A DNA stretch of 64,000 nucleotides from Nitrospirota bacterium. Its GTDB lineage: Bacteria; Nitrospirota; UBA9217. Of the stretch, positions 10,651-19,342 are shown one piece after another. Every line of letters starts with the position of its first letter. Positions within the stretch are counted from its first letter, which is position 1. Position numbers and translations under genes: made by a program. Under the pieces are notes generated by a model. It worked only from the letters and a program-made list of their open reading frames with translations, made no database searches and was not told where the DNA came from. Location of the stretch: the NCBI GenBank assembly GCA_043731355.1, contig JAYTJE010000028.1, forward strand, positions 13,261-77,260. Direction: 5' to 3'.

Positions 10651-11808
10651 TTATTTCTGTCTCGTGGCTTCCTTGATCATGTCGAGGGCGATGACATTGC
10701 GCTGGATCTGGTTCGTTCCCTCATAGATCTGGAGGATCTTTGCGTCGCGCATCATCTTCTCGACGGGGTATTCTTTCATATAGCCGGAACCGCCCATGAT
10801 CTGGACCGCGTCCGTGGTGACCCGCATGCCCGTGTCGGTGGCGAAGAGCTTTGCCATGGCGGAAGCGCGGGAGAAATCCCTGGCCCCGCTGTCCATCATG
10901 CGGGCGACAGAATAAACAAGGGCGCGGGCCGCCTCTGTCTGGGTCTGCATGTCCGCAAGCATGTGCTGAATGGCCTGGAAGGAGGTGATGGGCTGGCCGA
11001 ACTGGACCCTGCCTTTGGCGAACTTCATGCACTCGTCGATGGCGCCCTGGGCCACGCCCACGCCCTGGGCGCCCACGCCCGCGCGGGAGCAGTCGAGGGT
11101 CTTCATGGCAACGATAAAGCCCAAACCTTCCTTGGCGATCAGGTTTTCCCTGGGAATGCGACAGTTGTTAAAGATGAGCTCGGTCGTTGATGATGCGCGG
11201 ATGCCCATCTTGTTCTCTTTTTTACCGAAGGTAAATCCGGGAGTGCCTTTTTCCACGATAAAGCACGAGGCCCCGCGGGCGCCCTTGGACTTGTCCGTGA
11301 TGGCAATGACGGTGTATACATGGGCCTCGCCGCCGTTCGTGATCCATTGTTTCGTGCCGTTCAGGACGTATTCATTTCCTTCGAGCTTAGCCGTGGTCTG
11401 CACACCGCCGGCATCGCTGCCCGCGTTCGCTTCGGTCAGGCCGAAGGCCGCGAGGTTCTTTCCTGATGCGATGTCCGGAAGATATTTCTTTTTCTGGGCG
11501 TCGGAACCGTTGAGCAGAATGGGGTACGTGCCGAGAGCGTTGGCTGCGTAGCTGGTGGAGACGCCGAGGCAGGCCTTCGATATTTCCTCGATGGCGATGT
11601 AGAGCTCGAAGCTTTTTTTGCCGAGACCGCCGTATTCTTCAGGAATATAGATACCGAAGAGGTCCGCCTGGGCCATTGCCTTCATAATGTCCGTCGGGAA
11701 CTTGTTCTGCTCGTCCAGTTCCGCCCGCACCGGCACGATCTTCTCGACCGCGATCTGGCGTGCGAGATCGCGTATCATGATCTGGTCCTCTGTCAACAAA
11801 TAATCCAT
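10651..11808 (-). CDS. Acyl-CoA dehydrogenase (short-chain / butyryl-CoA dehydrogenase-like)
   Basis: 385 aa; ACAD fold motifs (GSDAGG, QIYEGTNQIQR, catalytic Glu region YEGT). Confidence 0.85.
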   Translation of the reverse strand: MDYLLTEDQIMIRDLARQIAVEKIVPVRAELDEQNKFPTDIMKAMAQADLFGIYIPEEYGGLGKKSFELYIAIEEISKACLGVSTSYAANALGTYPILLNGSDAQKKKYLPDIASGKNLAAFGLTEANAGSDAGGVQTTAKLEGNEYVLNGTKQWITNGGEAHVYTVIAITDKSKGARGASCFIVEKGTPGFTFGKKENKMGIRASSTTELIFNNCRIPRENLIAKEGLGFIVAMKTLDCSRAGVGAQGVGVAQGAIDECMKFAKGRVQFGQPITSFQAIQHMLADMQTQTEAARALVYSVARMMDSGARDFSRASAMAKLFATDTGMRVTTDAVQIMGGSGYMKEYPVEKMMRDAKILQIYEGTNQIQRNVIALDMIKEATRQK

Positions 11809-11882
11809 TACATCCTCCGGAAAGCATTAAATTTTTATAAAATAAATGAACCCAGATGAATTCTATAGTTGTGATACAATCT

Positions 11883-12863
11883 TTACCACCGGACGAGCGC
11901 CGAGGCCCAGGTCAGGCCGCCGCCGAAAGCCTCGAACAGGAGGAGGTGGTCCTCCTTGATCCTTCCGTCGCGGACCGCCTCGTCCAGCGCCATGGGGATC
12001 GAGGCCGCCGAGGTATTCCCATAGTGAGGAAGGGTGAGCACGACCTTTTCCATGGGCATGTTCAGACGCTGCGCCATGGCCTGGATGATCCGCAGGTTCG
12101 CCTGGTGCGGAATAAGAAAATCGATCTCTTCCGGTTTCACCTTGTTGTGCTCCAGCGCTTCCTGAACGACGCCTTCGAGCGCCCGCACCGCGGTTTTGAA
12201 GGTTTCATTGCCTTTCATGCGGATGAAGTGCATTTTTTCGCGGACGGTATCGTGGGACGCCGGGTGTGAGGCGCCGCCCGCCGGGACATGGAGCAGGTCT
12301 CCGAACGCACCGTCGGAATGAAGATGCGTTGAAAGGATCCCGCGCTTGCCCGCGTGCCGCTGGATCACGACCGCTCCGGCCCCGTCGCCGAAAAGGATGC
12401 AGGTGGCGCGGTCCTCCCAGTCGGTGAACCGTGACAGGACCTCGGCGCCCACGAGCAGGATGTTTTTGTAGGCGCCGGACTTGATGAACGCATCGGCAAC
12501 GGACATCCCGAAGAGGAACCCTGAACAGGCAGCTGCAATATCGAAGGCCGCGGCATTTTTCGCCCCGAGCTTGTTCTGCAGCACACAGCCCATGCTCGGC
12601 AGGATGGTGTCCGGCGTCATCGTCGCCACCAGAATGAGATCCAGGTCCCGGGCTTCGAGTCCCGCGGCGTTCAGCGCTTTTTTGCCGGCTTCACAGGCAA
12701 GATCGGACGTGGTCTGGCCCTTTTCCACGACCCGGCGTTCCTTGATGCCCGTACGCTCGGTGATCCAGGCATCGCTCGTATCGACGAGCTTTTCCAGGTC
12801 ATGGTTGGTGATTATCTTTTTCGGGGCGAACGAACCCGTTCCTGTTATCCGCGCGTGGATCAT
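11883..12863 (-). CDS. fabH: 3-oxoacyl-ACP synthase III
   Basis: 326 aa; active-site AACSGF, plus HQANLRI and GNTSAAS motifs. Confidence 0.9.
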   Translation of the reverse strand: MIHARITGTGSFAPKKIITNHDLEKLVDTSDAWITERTGIKERRVVEKGQTTSDLACEAGKKALNAAGLEARDLDLILVATMTPDTILPSMGCVLQNKLGAKNAAAFDIAAACSGFLFGMSVADAFIKSGAYKNILLVGAEVLSRFTDWEDRATCILFGDGAGAVVIQRHAGKRGILSTHLHSDGAFGDLLHVPAGGASHPASHDTVREKMHFIRMKGNETFKTAVRALEGVVQEALEHNKVKPEEIDFLIPHQANLRIIQAMAQRLNMPMEKVVLTLPHYGNTSAASIPMALDEAVRDGRIKEDHLLLFEAFGGGLTWASALVRW

Positions 12864-13873
12864 TTTACTTTTGTATACTCCATATTCTTTTCAATGCCCT
12901 CGCTGAGGCGTTTGTTGATCTCGCTTTTCGCAAGTTCCGCGGCAACACGGACCGCATTTTTGATCGCCCGGTCGGAGGAGCGTCCGTGGCTGATGATGCT
13001 GATGCCGTTGATGCCGATGAGGGGCGCGCCGCCGTATTCAGCGTAGTCAATGCGGCGTTTGAGCGATCGAAAAACCGGCCGCATCATGACATAGCCGAGT
13101 TTCCGGATCAGGTTGTCGCCGATATTCTCGCGGATCATGAGCCCGATGGTCTCGGCAACGGCTTCGGAGATCTTGAGCACTACATTGCCGATAAATCCGT
13201 CGCAGACCACGACATCGGCGTTGCCGCTCATAACGTCGCGGCCTTCCACATTGCCGACGAAGTTGAGCGACGTTTCGCTCAGGAGTTTGAACGCTTCTTT
13301 CGTCAGTTCATTCCCCTTGGTCGCTTCTTCACCGATGGAAAGCAGGCCCACCCGGGGGTTCTGGTTCTTCAGGAGGTATTTCGAGTAGACCTCGCCCATG
13401 ATCGCGAACTGCAGGAGATGGTTCGGTTTGCAGTCCACATTCGCGCCGACATCCAGAATGATGCACGTGCCTTTCATGGTCGGCATGATCGTGGCGATCG
13501 CCGGCCGCTCGATCCCCTCCAGCTTGCCCAGGACGAAGAGCGAGGTGGCCATGGCCGCGCCGGTATGTCCGGCGCTGATAACCGCGACCGCTTCACCGCT
13601 CTTGACCAGTTCGTTGGCAATACGGATCGAGGAGTCTTTTTTTCTGCGGAAGACCGTGGCGGGCGAATCGAGCATGTCCACCACTTCGGTGGCATTCCGA
13701 ATTTCCAGAGGAAGCGCTTTTGCGTTGTGGCGCTTGTCAAGCTCTTCCCGGATTACCTGTTCGATGCCCACCAGGATGATGCCGACGCCGAATTCCTTCG
13801 CCGCCTGAACGGCGCCGGCAATAACGGCCTGGGGCGCATTGTCCCCGCCCATGGCATCAACAGCGATCTTCAT
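12860..13873 (-). CDS. plsX: Phosphate acyltransferase
   Basis: 337 aa; MKIAVDAMGGD N-terminus typical of PlsX; 4-nt overlap with fabH. Confidence 0.9.
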   Translation of the reverse strand: MKIAVDAMGGDNAPQAVIAGAVQAAKEFGVGIILVGIEQVIREELDKRHNAKALPLEIRNATEVVDMLDSPATVFRRKKDSSIRIANELVKSGEAVAVISAGHTGAAMATSLFVLGKLEGIERPAIATIMPTMKGTCIILDVGANVDCKPNHLLQFAIMGEVYSKYLLKNQNPRVGLLSIGEEATKGNELTKEAFKLLSETSLNFVGNVEGRDVMSGNADVVVCDGFIGNVVLKISEAVAETIGLMIRENIGDNLIRKLGYVMMRPVFRSLKRRIDYAEYGGAPLIGINGISIISHGRSSDRAIKNAVRVAAELAKSEINKRLSEGIEKNMEYTKVK

Positions 13874-13952
13874 AGAAACTCCCTACAAAATAAAAGGCAA
13901 AGAGGTATACCATGAATACAGTATCATCTCTTTGCCTTTGAGCGCACGAGCG

Positions 13953-14135
13953 TTATATCTGCTGGACGGTGATGACTTCGCGGCCATTGTAGGTGCCGCA
14001 GGAAATGCAGGCATGGTGAGGTTTTTTGACCTCCTGGCACTGCGGGCAGATCGTGAGGCTTGGGGCGTCGAGGTGTTTATGCGTGCGCCTCTTGTCTCTG
14101 CGTGACTTGGATGTTTTGTGTTTTGGATTCGCCAT
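13953..14135 (-). CDS. rpmF: 50S ribosomal protein L32
   Basis: 60 aa, basic; CPQC...CISCG zinc-ribbon motif. Confidence 0.85.
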   Translation of the reverse strand: MANPKHKTSKSRRDKRRTHKHLDAPSLTICPQCQEVKKPHHACISCGTYNGREVITVQQI

Positions 14136-14153
14136 GGTTCTTTCGTGCTCCTT

Positions 14154-14669
14154 CTATTTTTTGAATAGGTCCTTTAGTGCGGAAAAGGCCCCGAATGTTC
14201 CTTGAGCAGCTCGATTGCAGTCACACCCTGCTTTATTGAGGTCCTTGCCGCAGACGGGGCAGAGCCCTTTGCAATTTGCATCATGAAGCGGGACCATGGG
14301 AACGGCGATGAGCAGCTGCTCCTTGATAATGGCGGCAGGCTCGAGCTCTTCGCCATGATAAAATTCCGTATCAAGCTCCGACTGGTTGAGCTCGTGTTCT
14401 GTCGAAGACTCCACGGCACTGGCCGGGGCCAGCTCAACGCTCACCTCGGCGTCGATCGTATAAGGAAAAGAACTCAGGCAACGGCTGCACTCGAGCAACG
14501 GTTCAGCCTGTATCCTTCCGGTGACATGAAACAGCCCGGCGCCCGACGGTTTGAAGTTCAGCACAGCCGTAAATGCCGTTGATGCCGCGCCTTTGTCGAA
14601 CAGATCAAGCGTATGGGCAAGTTCCAGGGTAAGCCCCTCTGGAGGTATGTCATTGATCTTGATAGTCAT
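14154..14669 (-). CDS. yceD: YceD/DUF177 family protein (large ribosomal RNA subunit accumulation protein)
   Basis: 171 aa; conserved position upstream of rpmF-plsX; C-terminal CxxC...CxxC. Confidence 0.75.
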   Translation of the reverse strand: MTIKINDIPPEGLTLELAHTLDLFDKGAASTAFTAVLNFKPSGAGLFHVTGRIQAEPLLECSRCLSSFPYTIDAEVSVELAPASAVESSTEHELNQSELDTEFYHGEELEPAAIIKEQLLIAVPMVPLHDANCKGLCPVCGKDLNKAGCDCNRAAQGTFGAFSALKDLFKK

Positions 14670-14754
14670 TTTAGCTGCTCCGGGGGCTGTAAGTCTCGAA
14701 TTATATAGAGAACACCCCGTCTTGTCAAGAAAAAAGACTTTTGCCGGAAGAAGC

Positions 14755-15987
14755 TCACGCGTTCGGTATCACGGCTGTATTGGGACCGCCGCCCTTGACC
14801 CTGCCGAGCAGAACCAGGCCGATGACAAAAAAAGCCGCAATGGACAGGATGGCCGGACGCTGGCTCTTGAAGGTTGACGAGATCACTCCAAATACCAGCG
14901 GTCCGGCGATGGCAGAGGTTTTTCCGACAAGGGCATAGACCCCGAAGTATTCCGCTTCCCTGCCGTTGGGAATGAACTGGGTGAAGAACGCCCGCGTGCC
15001 GGCCTGCACACTGCCGAGGCCAAGGCCGGCGGTGCAGGCGACCAGCCAGAACTGGGACTTGGTCCGGACGAGGAAGGCAGCAACGGCAACCGCGGTCCAG
15101 AGGAGCAGGGAAAGAGTGACCACTTTTTTCGGCCCCCAGGTATCGGTGGGCCGGGAAAGGGAAAATGCGCCTACCAGGGCCGTGACCTGGACCGCAAGAT
15201 AGAGCCCGATCAGTTCGCCCTGGTTGAACCCAAAGGTCGTGGCGGCAAGGCTGCTTGAAAAGATGATGACCGTATTGACCCCATCCTCATAAATAAGGTA
15301 GGCCAGCAGGAATTTTCGCGCTTCACGAAGATGCAGCAGTTCCTTCAGCGTGTCCACCGCGCTCTGAAAACCTCTGCGGCCCGCCTGAAAGGGGGAGACC
15401 GCGACCGGAGTATCGCGGGGCAGGAACAGGAATGCAGGCAGCGAGAAGACCGTAAAGAAAAGGGCGACCATGGGCCAGATAAGGGAAAGTCGGCCGCTCT
15501 GTGCCAGCGGCAGGGCAAGAAGAAGGGCAAGGATGGAGCCTGCATACCCGACGCCGAAGCCCCACCCGGAGACCCTGCCCTGATACTCTTTTGGAGCGAT
15601 CCGGGGAAGGAAGGAATTGTAGAATACGAGCCCGCCTTCCATTCCGATGTTGGCCAGGGCGATGAGAAAAAAACCGAGCACAACCTCGCCGGGCGTGATC
15701 AGCGAGAAACCCGCCACGGCAAGGATGCACGTGAAGGTGTACACGGCGAGGAGCCGCTTCCCGCGGCCGGCATAGTCGGCAATGCCGCCGAGAAAGGGCG
15801 AGGTGAGGGAGACGATCAGCATACTGAGGGAAATCGCCCGTCCCCACCAGAGGTCGCCCTGCCCGGCAGCGTTTCCGACAATGCCGTTGATATAGTAAAT
15901 CTGAAAGATGACCGCAACGATGACGGCGGAGTAGCTTGAGTTGGCAAAGTCGAAGAGACACCAGCTGATAATCTGTTTTTTGTTCAT
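14755..15987 (-). CDS. MFS transporter (UMF1/Atg22-like family)
   Basis: 410 aa; ~12 predicted TM helices; N-terminal WCLFDFANSSY motif. Confidence 0.7.
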   Translation of the reverse strand: MNKKQIISWCLFDFANSSYSAVIVAVIFQIYYINGIVGNAAGQGDLWWGRAISLSMLIVSLTSPFLGGIADYAGRGKRLLAVYTFTCILAVAGFSLITPGEVVLGFFLIALANIGMEGGLVFYNSFLPRIAPKEYQGRVSGWGFGVGYAGSILALLLALPLAQSGRLSLIWPMVALFFTVFSLPAFLFLPRDTPVAVSPFQAGRRGFQSAVDTLKELLHLREARKFLLAYLIYEDGVNTVIIFSSSLAATTFGFNQGELIGLYLAVQVTALVGAFSLSRPTDTWGPKKVVTLSLLLWTAVAVAAFLVRTKSQFWLVACTAGLGLGSVQAGTRAFFTQFIPNGREAEYFGVYALVGKTSAIAGPLVFGVISSTFKSQRPAILSIAAFFVIGLVLLGRVKGGGPNTAVIPNA

Positions 15988-16160
15988 GGTGGGGGGTATG
16001 GTATACTAATCAAACGAAGAGCGCAAGGGCCGGAGCCTGGAGCGCGAGAATGCCGCGAATCCTCCTTGACAAAGCCCCCCATGGTTTACTACAATGCCGC
16101 ACCGAAGAACAAAAATCACTGTATGTATATGGGGTATCCTGCCATGTGGACAACTCAATA

Positions 16161-17732
16161 ATGGGCCGGTGCTTACGGAACGATAAGGCGCTCCTTATTC
16201 TCGCGCTGACAAGCGCGTTGTTTACGTTCGCCGTGTATGCGCCGGGCCTGCGCAACGGTTATGTGTATTACGATGACAACCTCTATATAACGATGAATCA
16301 GTCCATCACGCATTTGGATTTTCCATTCGTGCGGTGGGCGTTCACCACGTTCCAGGTCCATAACTGGCAGCCGCTCACGTGGATATCCTACGCCTTTGAT
16401 TACGCGCTCTGGGGCATGGACCCGTTCGGGTATCATCTGACCAATGTTCTTCTTCATGCGGGCAATACCGCTCTTGTCGTGCTGCTGGTGGCACGGCTCT
16501 TCTCCACCGCGCGCCTCCGGGGGAGCATTGGAGCGTACCCGACTGAGCGAATGCTGATCACCGCGGGAATGACCGGCATTCTTTTCGGCATCCATCCGCT
16601 ACATGTTGAATCGGTGGCCTGGCTGGGCGAGCGGAAGGATGTGCTCTATGCGTTTTTCTACCTGCTCGCGCTTCTTTCCTATATATCCTATGCGGTCGCA
16701 CCGTCTCGCGGCCAGCGTTTTCGCCTCTACAGTGCCAGTCTCGTGTTTTTTGCCTGTTCCGCGATGAGCAAGGCCATGGCCGTAACGTTGCCCGTTCTGC
16801 TCCTTCTGCTCGATCTTTTTCCGCTGCGCAGGATAGCCGGCAGCAGAACTGAACTGCTGCGGGTCCTGGTGCTGGAAAAGGCGCCGTTTTTCCTGATCAG
16901 CGCACTTGTCTCGCTGCTTGCTTTTATTGCGCAGCGGACAGGCGGGGCCGTGCAGACCCTTGACGTGATCACCCTGGGGGAACGGGTCCTTGCAGCGGCC
17001 CGGGCCGCCTTTTTCTATCTTGAAAAAATGTTTGTCCCCAAGGGGCTCGCTCCTTTTTATCCGACCTTCCTCCCGATAACAATCGAGGCACATGATCTTC
17101 TGGTCCTTGCCGCATACCTGACCATCGTGTTGTCCTGTCTCTGGTCCGCGCGGCGAAGCTTCATAGTCACCGTGTGGTCATCGTATTTTGTCATGTTGCT
17201 CCCCGTGCTTGGGCTCGTCAAGGTCGGCGCCCAGGCTGCGGCTGACCGCTACGCCTATATGACGATCCTGGGGCCGCTCCTGCTGATCGGGCTCGGGACC
17301 GCTTTTGCCGCTGAGCGCATCAGTAATGGCTTCAGCCGGACCAGGGGGATCCTGTTTGTTCTCTGTCTTGGCACACTGCTGTCGGTCATTTTAACTTTGC
17401 TTACCATCAGGCAAATACCTGTGTGGAAGGACGATATTAGCTTGTGGACGAGAGAGATCGAGGTCTTTCCCTATTCGGCGCCGCTCGGCTATATCTGCAG
17501 GGCTGACGCTTATTCCCGCCGGGGGATGACCGAGCAGGCAATAGCGGATTATTCATTTGCGGTGCAGGTTGATTCGGAGAACAGCGAGGCTTACTATAAA
17601 CGCGGCAAATTATTTTATATCACGGGACGAATGCGCTTGGCGGCTGACGATTTTGCAAAGGCGCTCTTGTTCAAGCCTGATTTTGGCGAGGCGCGCTACT
17701 ATAAACAGGTGGCGGAGGAGGGGATGCGCTAG
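16161..17732 (+). CDS. TMTC/DUF1736-like membrane GT-C-type protein with C-terminal TPR repeats (putative polyprenyl-phosphate-sugar dependent protein glycosyltransferase), paralog 1
   Basis: Multi-TM N-terminal region with YYDDNLY...NWQPLTWISYAFDYALWG...YHLTNVLLHA motifs, shared with the two paralogs at 58772..62544; C-terminal TPRs. Start moved to the ATG at 16161 (MGRCLRND), immediately before the first TM helix. Confidence 0.7.
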   Translation: MGRCLRNDKALLILALTSALFTFAVYAPGLRNGYVYYDDNLYITMNQSITHLDFPFVRWAFTTFQVHNWQPLTWISYAFDYALWGMDPFGYHLTNVLLHAGNTALVVLLVARLFSTARLRGSIGAYPTERMLITAGMTGILFGIHPLHVESVAWLGERKDVLYAFFYLLALLSYISYAVAPSRGQRFRLYSASLVFFACSAMSKAMAVTLPVLLLLLDLFPLRRIAGSRTELLRVLVLEKAPFFLISALVSLLAFIAQRTGGAVQTLDVITLGERVLAAARAAFFYLEKMFVPKGLAPFYPTFLPITIEAHDLLVLAAYLTIVLSCLWSARRSFIVTVWSSYFVMLLPVLGLVKVGAQAAADRYAYMTILGPLLLIGLGTAFAAERISNGFSRTRGILFVLCLGTLLSVILTLLTIRQIPVWKDDISLWTREIEVFPYSAPLGYICRADAYSRRGMTEQAIADYSFAVQVDSENSEAYYKRGKLFYITGRMRLAADDFAKALLFKPDFGEARYYKQVAEEGMR

Positions 17733-17748
17733 CGCTATCCCTCCTCCG
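17710..17748 (+). terminator. GC-rich hairpin at the 3' end of the TMTC-like gene
   Basis: GCGGAGGAGGGGAT-gcgctagcgc-TATCCCTCCTCCGC near-perfect inverted repeat overlapping the stop codon; no T-run. It is immediately followed by the palindromic element. Confidence 0.4.
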
Positions 17749-17749
17749 C

Positions 17750-17812
17750 AATTCAAAATTCAACAAGAAATATTCAATACGTTGAATCTTGAATCTTGAA
17801 TCTTGAATCCGT
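17750..17812. repeat. Palindromic REP-like element, copy A (AATTCAAAATTCAA-loop-TTGAATC x4)
   Basis: Stem-loop with a tandem TTGAATC right arm, between convergent genes. Near-identical to copy B at ~25645..25690. It overlaps the last codons of bioA. Confidence 0.5.
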
Positions 17813-19198
17813 GTCGTGCCAGGCCGTGGTTTTCTTTATGGCGGCGTACACGAGCTCCACCATGCGCTTCAGGTCTTTCTTCGACATGGTGAGCGGCGGC
17901 ATGAGTACGATGACGTTGCCGAGCGGCCGGATGATGAGCCCCTGTTTCCTGCATTCCTGGACAACCCGGATCCCGGCCTTATCTTCGAGTGCGTAGGGCC
18001 GCTTCGTTTTTTTATCCATGACGAGTTCAATGCCGACCATAAAGCCTTTTTGCCGGACATCCCCCACATGCCGCAGTTCCCCTACCATCAGAAGTTGTTT
18101 TGAAAGGAAAGAGATCTTCGACTGGAGTTTTGCCAGGGTGCTTTCCGTCCTGAAAAGGTCTATGTTCGCGATCGCGGCCGCGCAGGCCAGCGGGTTTCCC
18201 GTGTAGGTGTGGCCGTGAAAGAAGGTCCTGAGGTCCCGGTATTCCCCCAGAAATCCCTCGTATATCTTGTTCGTCGTGAGCGTGGCCGCCAGCGGCAGGT
18301 ACCCGCCCGTAATGCCTTTGGCAGTGCAAAGGATATCGGGCGCTACACCCTCCTGTTCGCAGGCGAACATCGTTCCGGTCCTGCCGAACCCGGTCGCGAC
18401 CTCATCGGCGATCATCAGGATATTGTGTTGGGTGCAGAGCTGTCTGATTTTTTTCAGATACCCGGGAGGCTGCATGAGCATGCCTGCCGCGCCCTGGACC
18501 AGTGGCTCGATGATGAGGGCCGCTGTTTCATGGCGGTATTTCCGGACCACCCGGCCCGCCTGTTCCGCGCAGAACAGGCCGCAGTCAGGGTAGGTCTTGC
18601 CGAACGTGCAGCGGTAACAGTGCGGGGTCGGGAGCTTGCGGGTCTTGAACAGCAGTGGCCGGTAGAGCTTATGGAAAAGGTCTATGCCGCCGACGCTTAC
18701 GGAGCCGATGGTGTCGCCGTGATACGATTCGGCAAGGGAGATAAAGCCGGTCTTCCGGTGATAGGCGGGCTTCTGCTGCTGCCAGAACTGGAATGCGATC
18801 TTAAGCGCGATCTCGACGGACGTGGACCCGCTGTCGGAATAGAATACTTTTGCCAATCCCCGGGGGGCGAGGGCCACCAGTTTTTCGCCCAGCAGAATAG
18901 CAGGCACGTTTGACAGGCCGAGCAGGGTGGAGTGGGCGACCTTCTTCAGCTGGCGCGCGACGGCCGCATCGATTTCTTTCTTCCGATGGCCGTGGACCGT
19001 GACCCAGAGCGACGATACTCCATCAAGGTATTTTTTGCCGCGGATGTCGGTGAGCACACAGCCTTTGCCGCTTTCGACGACGAGCTGCGGACTTTTTTCC
19101 CAGTCCCGCATCTGGGTGAAGGGATGCCAGAGATACTGTTTGTCCAGCTTTTCGAGGTGATGGGCGAAGCGTTTTTTTCCGGCAGGTCTGTTGATCAC
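17774..19198 (-). CDS. bioA: Adenosylmethionine-8-amino-7-oxononanoate aminotransferase
   Basis: 474 aa class-III aminotransferase; WHPFTQM and EPLVQGAGGM motifs and the PLP-lysine region typical of BioA. Confidence 0.88.
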   Translation of the reverse strand: MINRPAGKKRFAHHLEKLDKQYLWHPFTQMRDWEKSPQLVVESGKGCVLTDIRGKKYLDGVSSLWVTVHGHRKKEIDAAVARQLKKVAHSTLLGLSNVPAILLGEKLVALAPRGLAKVFYSDSGSTSVEIALKIAFQFWQQQKPAYHRKTGFISLAESYHGDTIGSVSVGGIDLFHKLYRPLLFKTRKLPTPHCYRCTFGKTYPDCGLFCAEQAGRVVRKYRHETAALIIEPLVQGAAGMLMQPPGYLKKIRQLCTQHNILMIADEVATGFGRTGTMFACEQEGVAPDILCTAKGITGGYLPLAATLTTNKIYEGFLGEYRDLRTFFHGHTYTGNPLACAAAIANIDLFRTESTLAKLQSKISFLSKQLLMVGELRHVGDVRQKGFMVGIELVMDKKTKRPYALEDKAGIRVVQECRKQGLIIRPLGNVIVLMPPLTMSKKDLKRMVELVYAAIKKTTAWHDTDSRFKIQDSTY

Positions 19199-19262
19199 TG
19201 ACTGTTCTCCTTAAGGCGCTTATTATATTTCAACAGCCCTGTTTGTCAATCATAAAAAGTGC

Positions 19263-19292
19263 TTGAAAAGCCTGGCTTATTTCTGGTACAAT
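19263..19292 (+). promoter_or_regulatory. Sigma-70-like promoter (TTGAAA-N18-TACAAT) upstream of degP
   Basis: Hexamer match by eye; about 50 nt upstream of the AGGAGG RBS. Confidence 0.35.
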
Positions 19293-19342
19293 ACGTTTTA
19301 CTGTTGTGGCCCCTTGAGCCCACCAGGAGGATGCGCATCATT

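Noticed and set aside
14755-15987. Alternative nested ORFs inside the MFS transporter gene (15323..15961 minus, 15331..15939 plus, 15345..15683 minus)
   Set aside because: Alternative frames of the same region; the 410-aa frame has the coherent 12-TM MFS hydropathy pattern.
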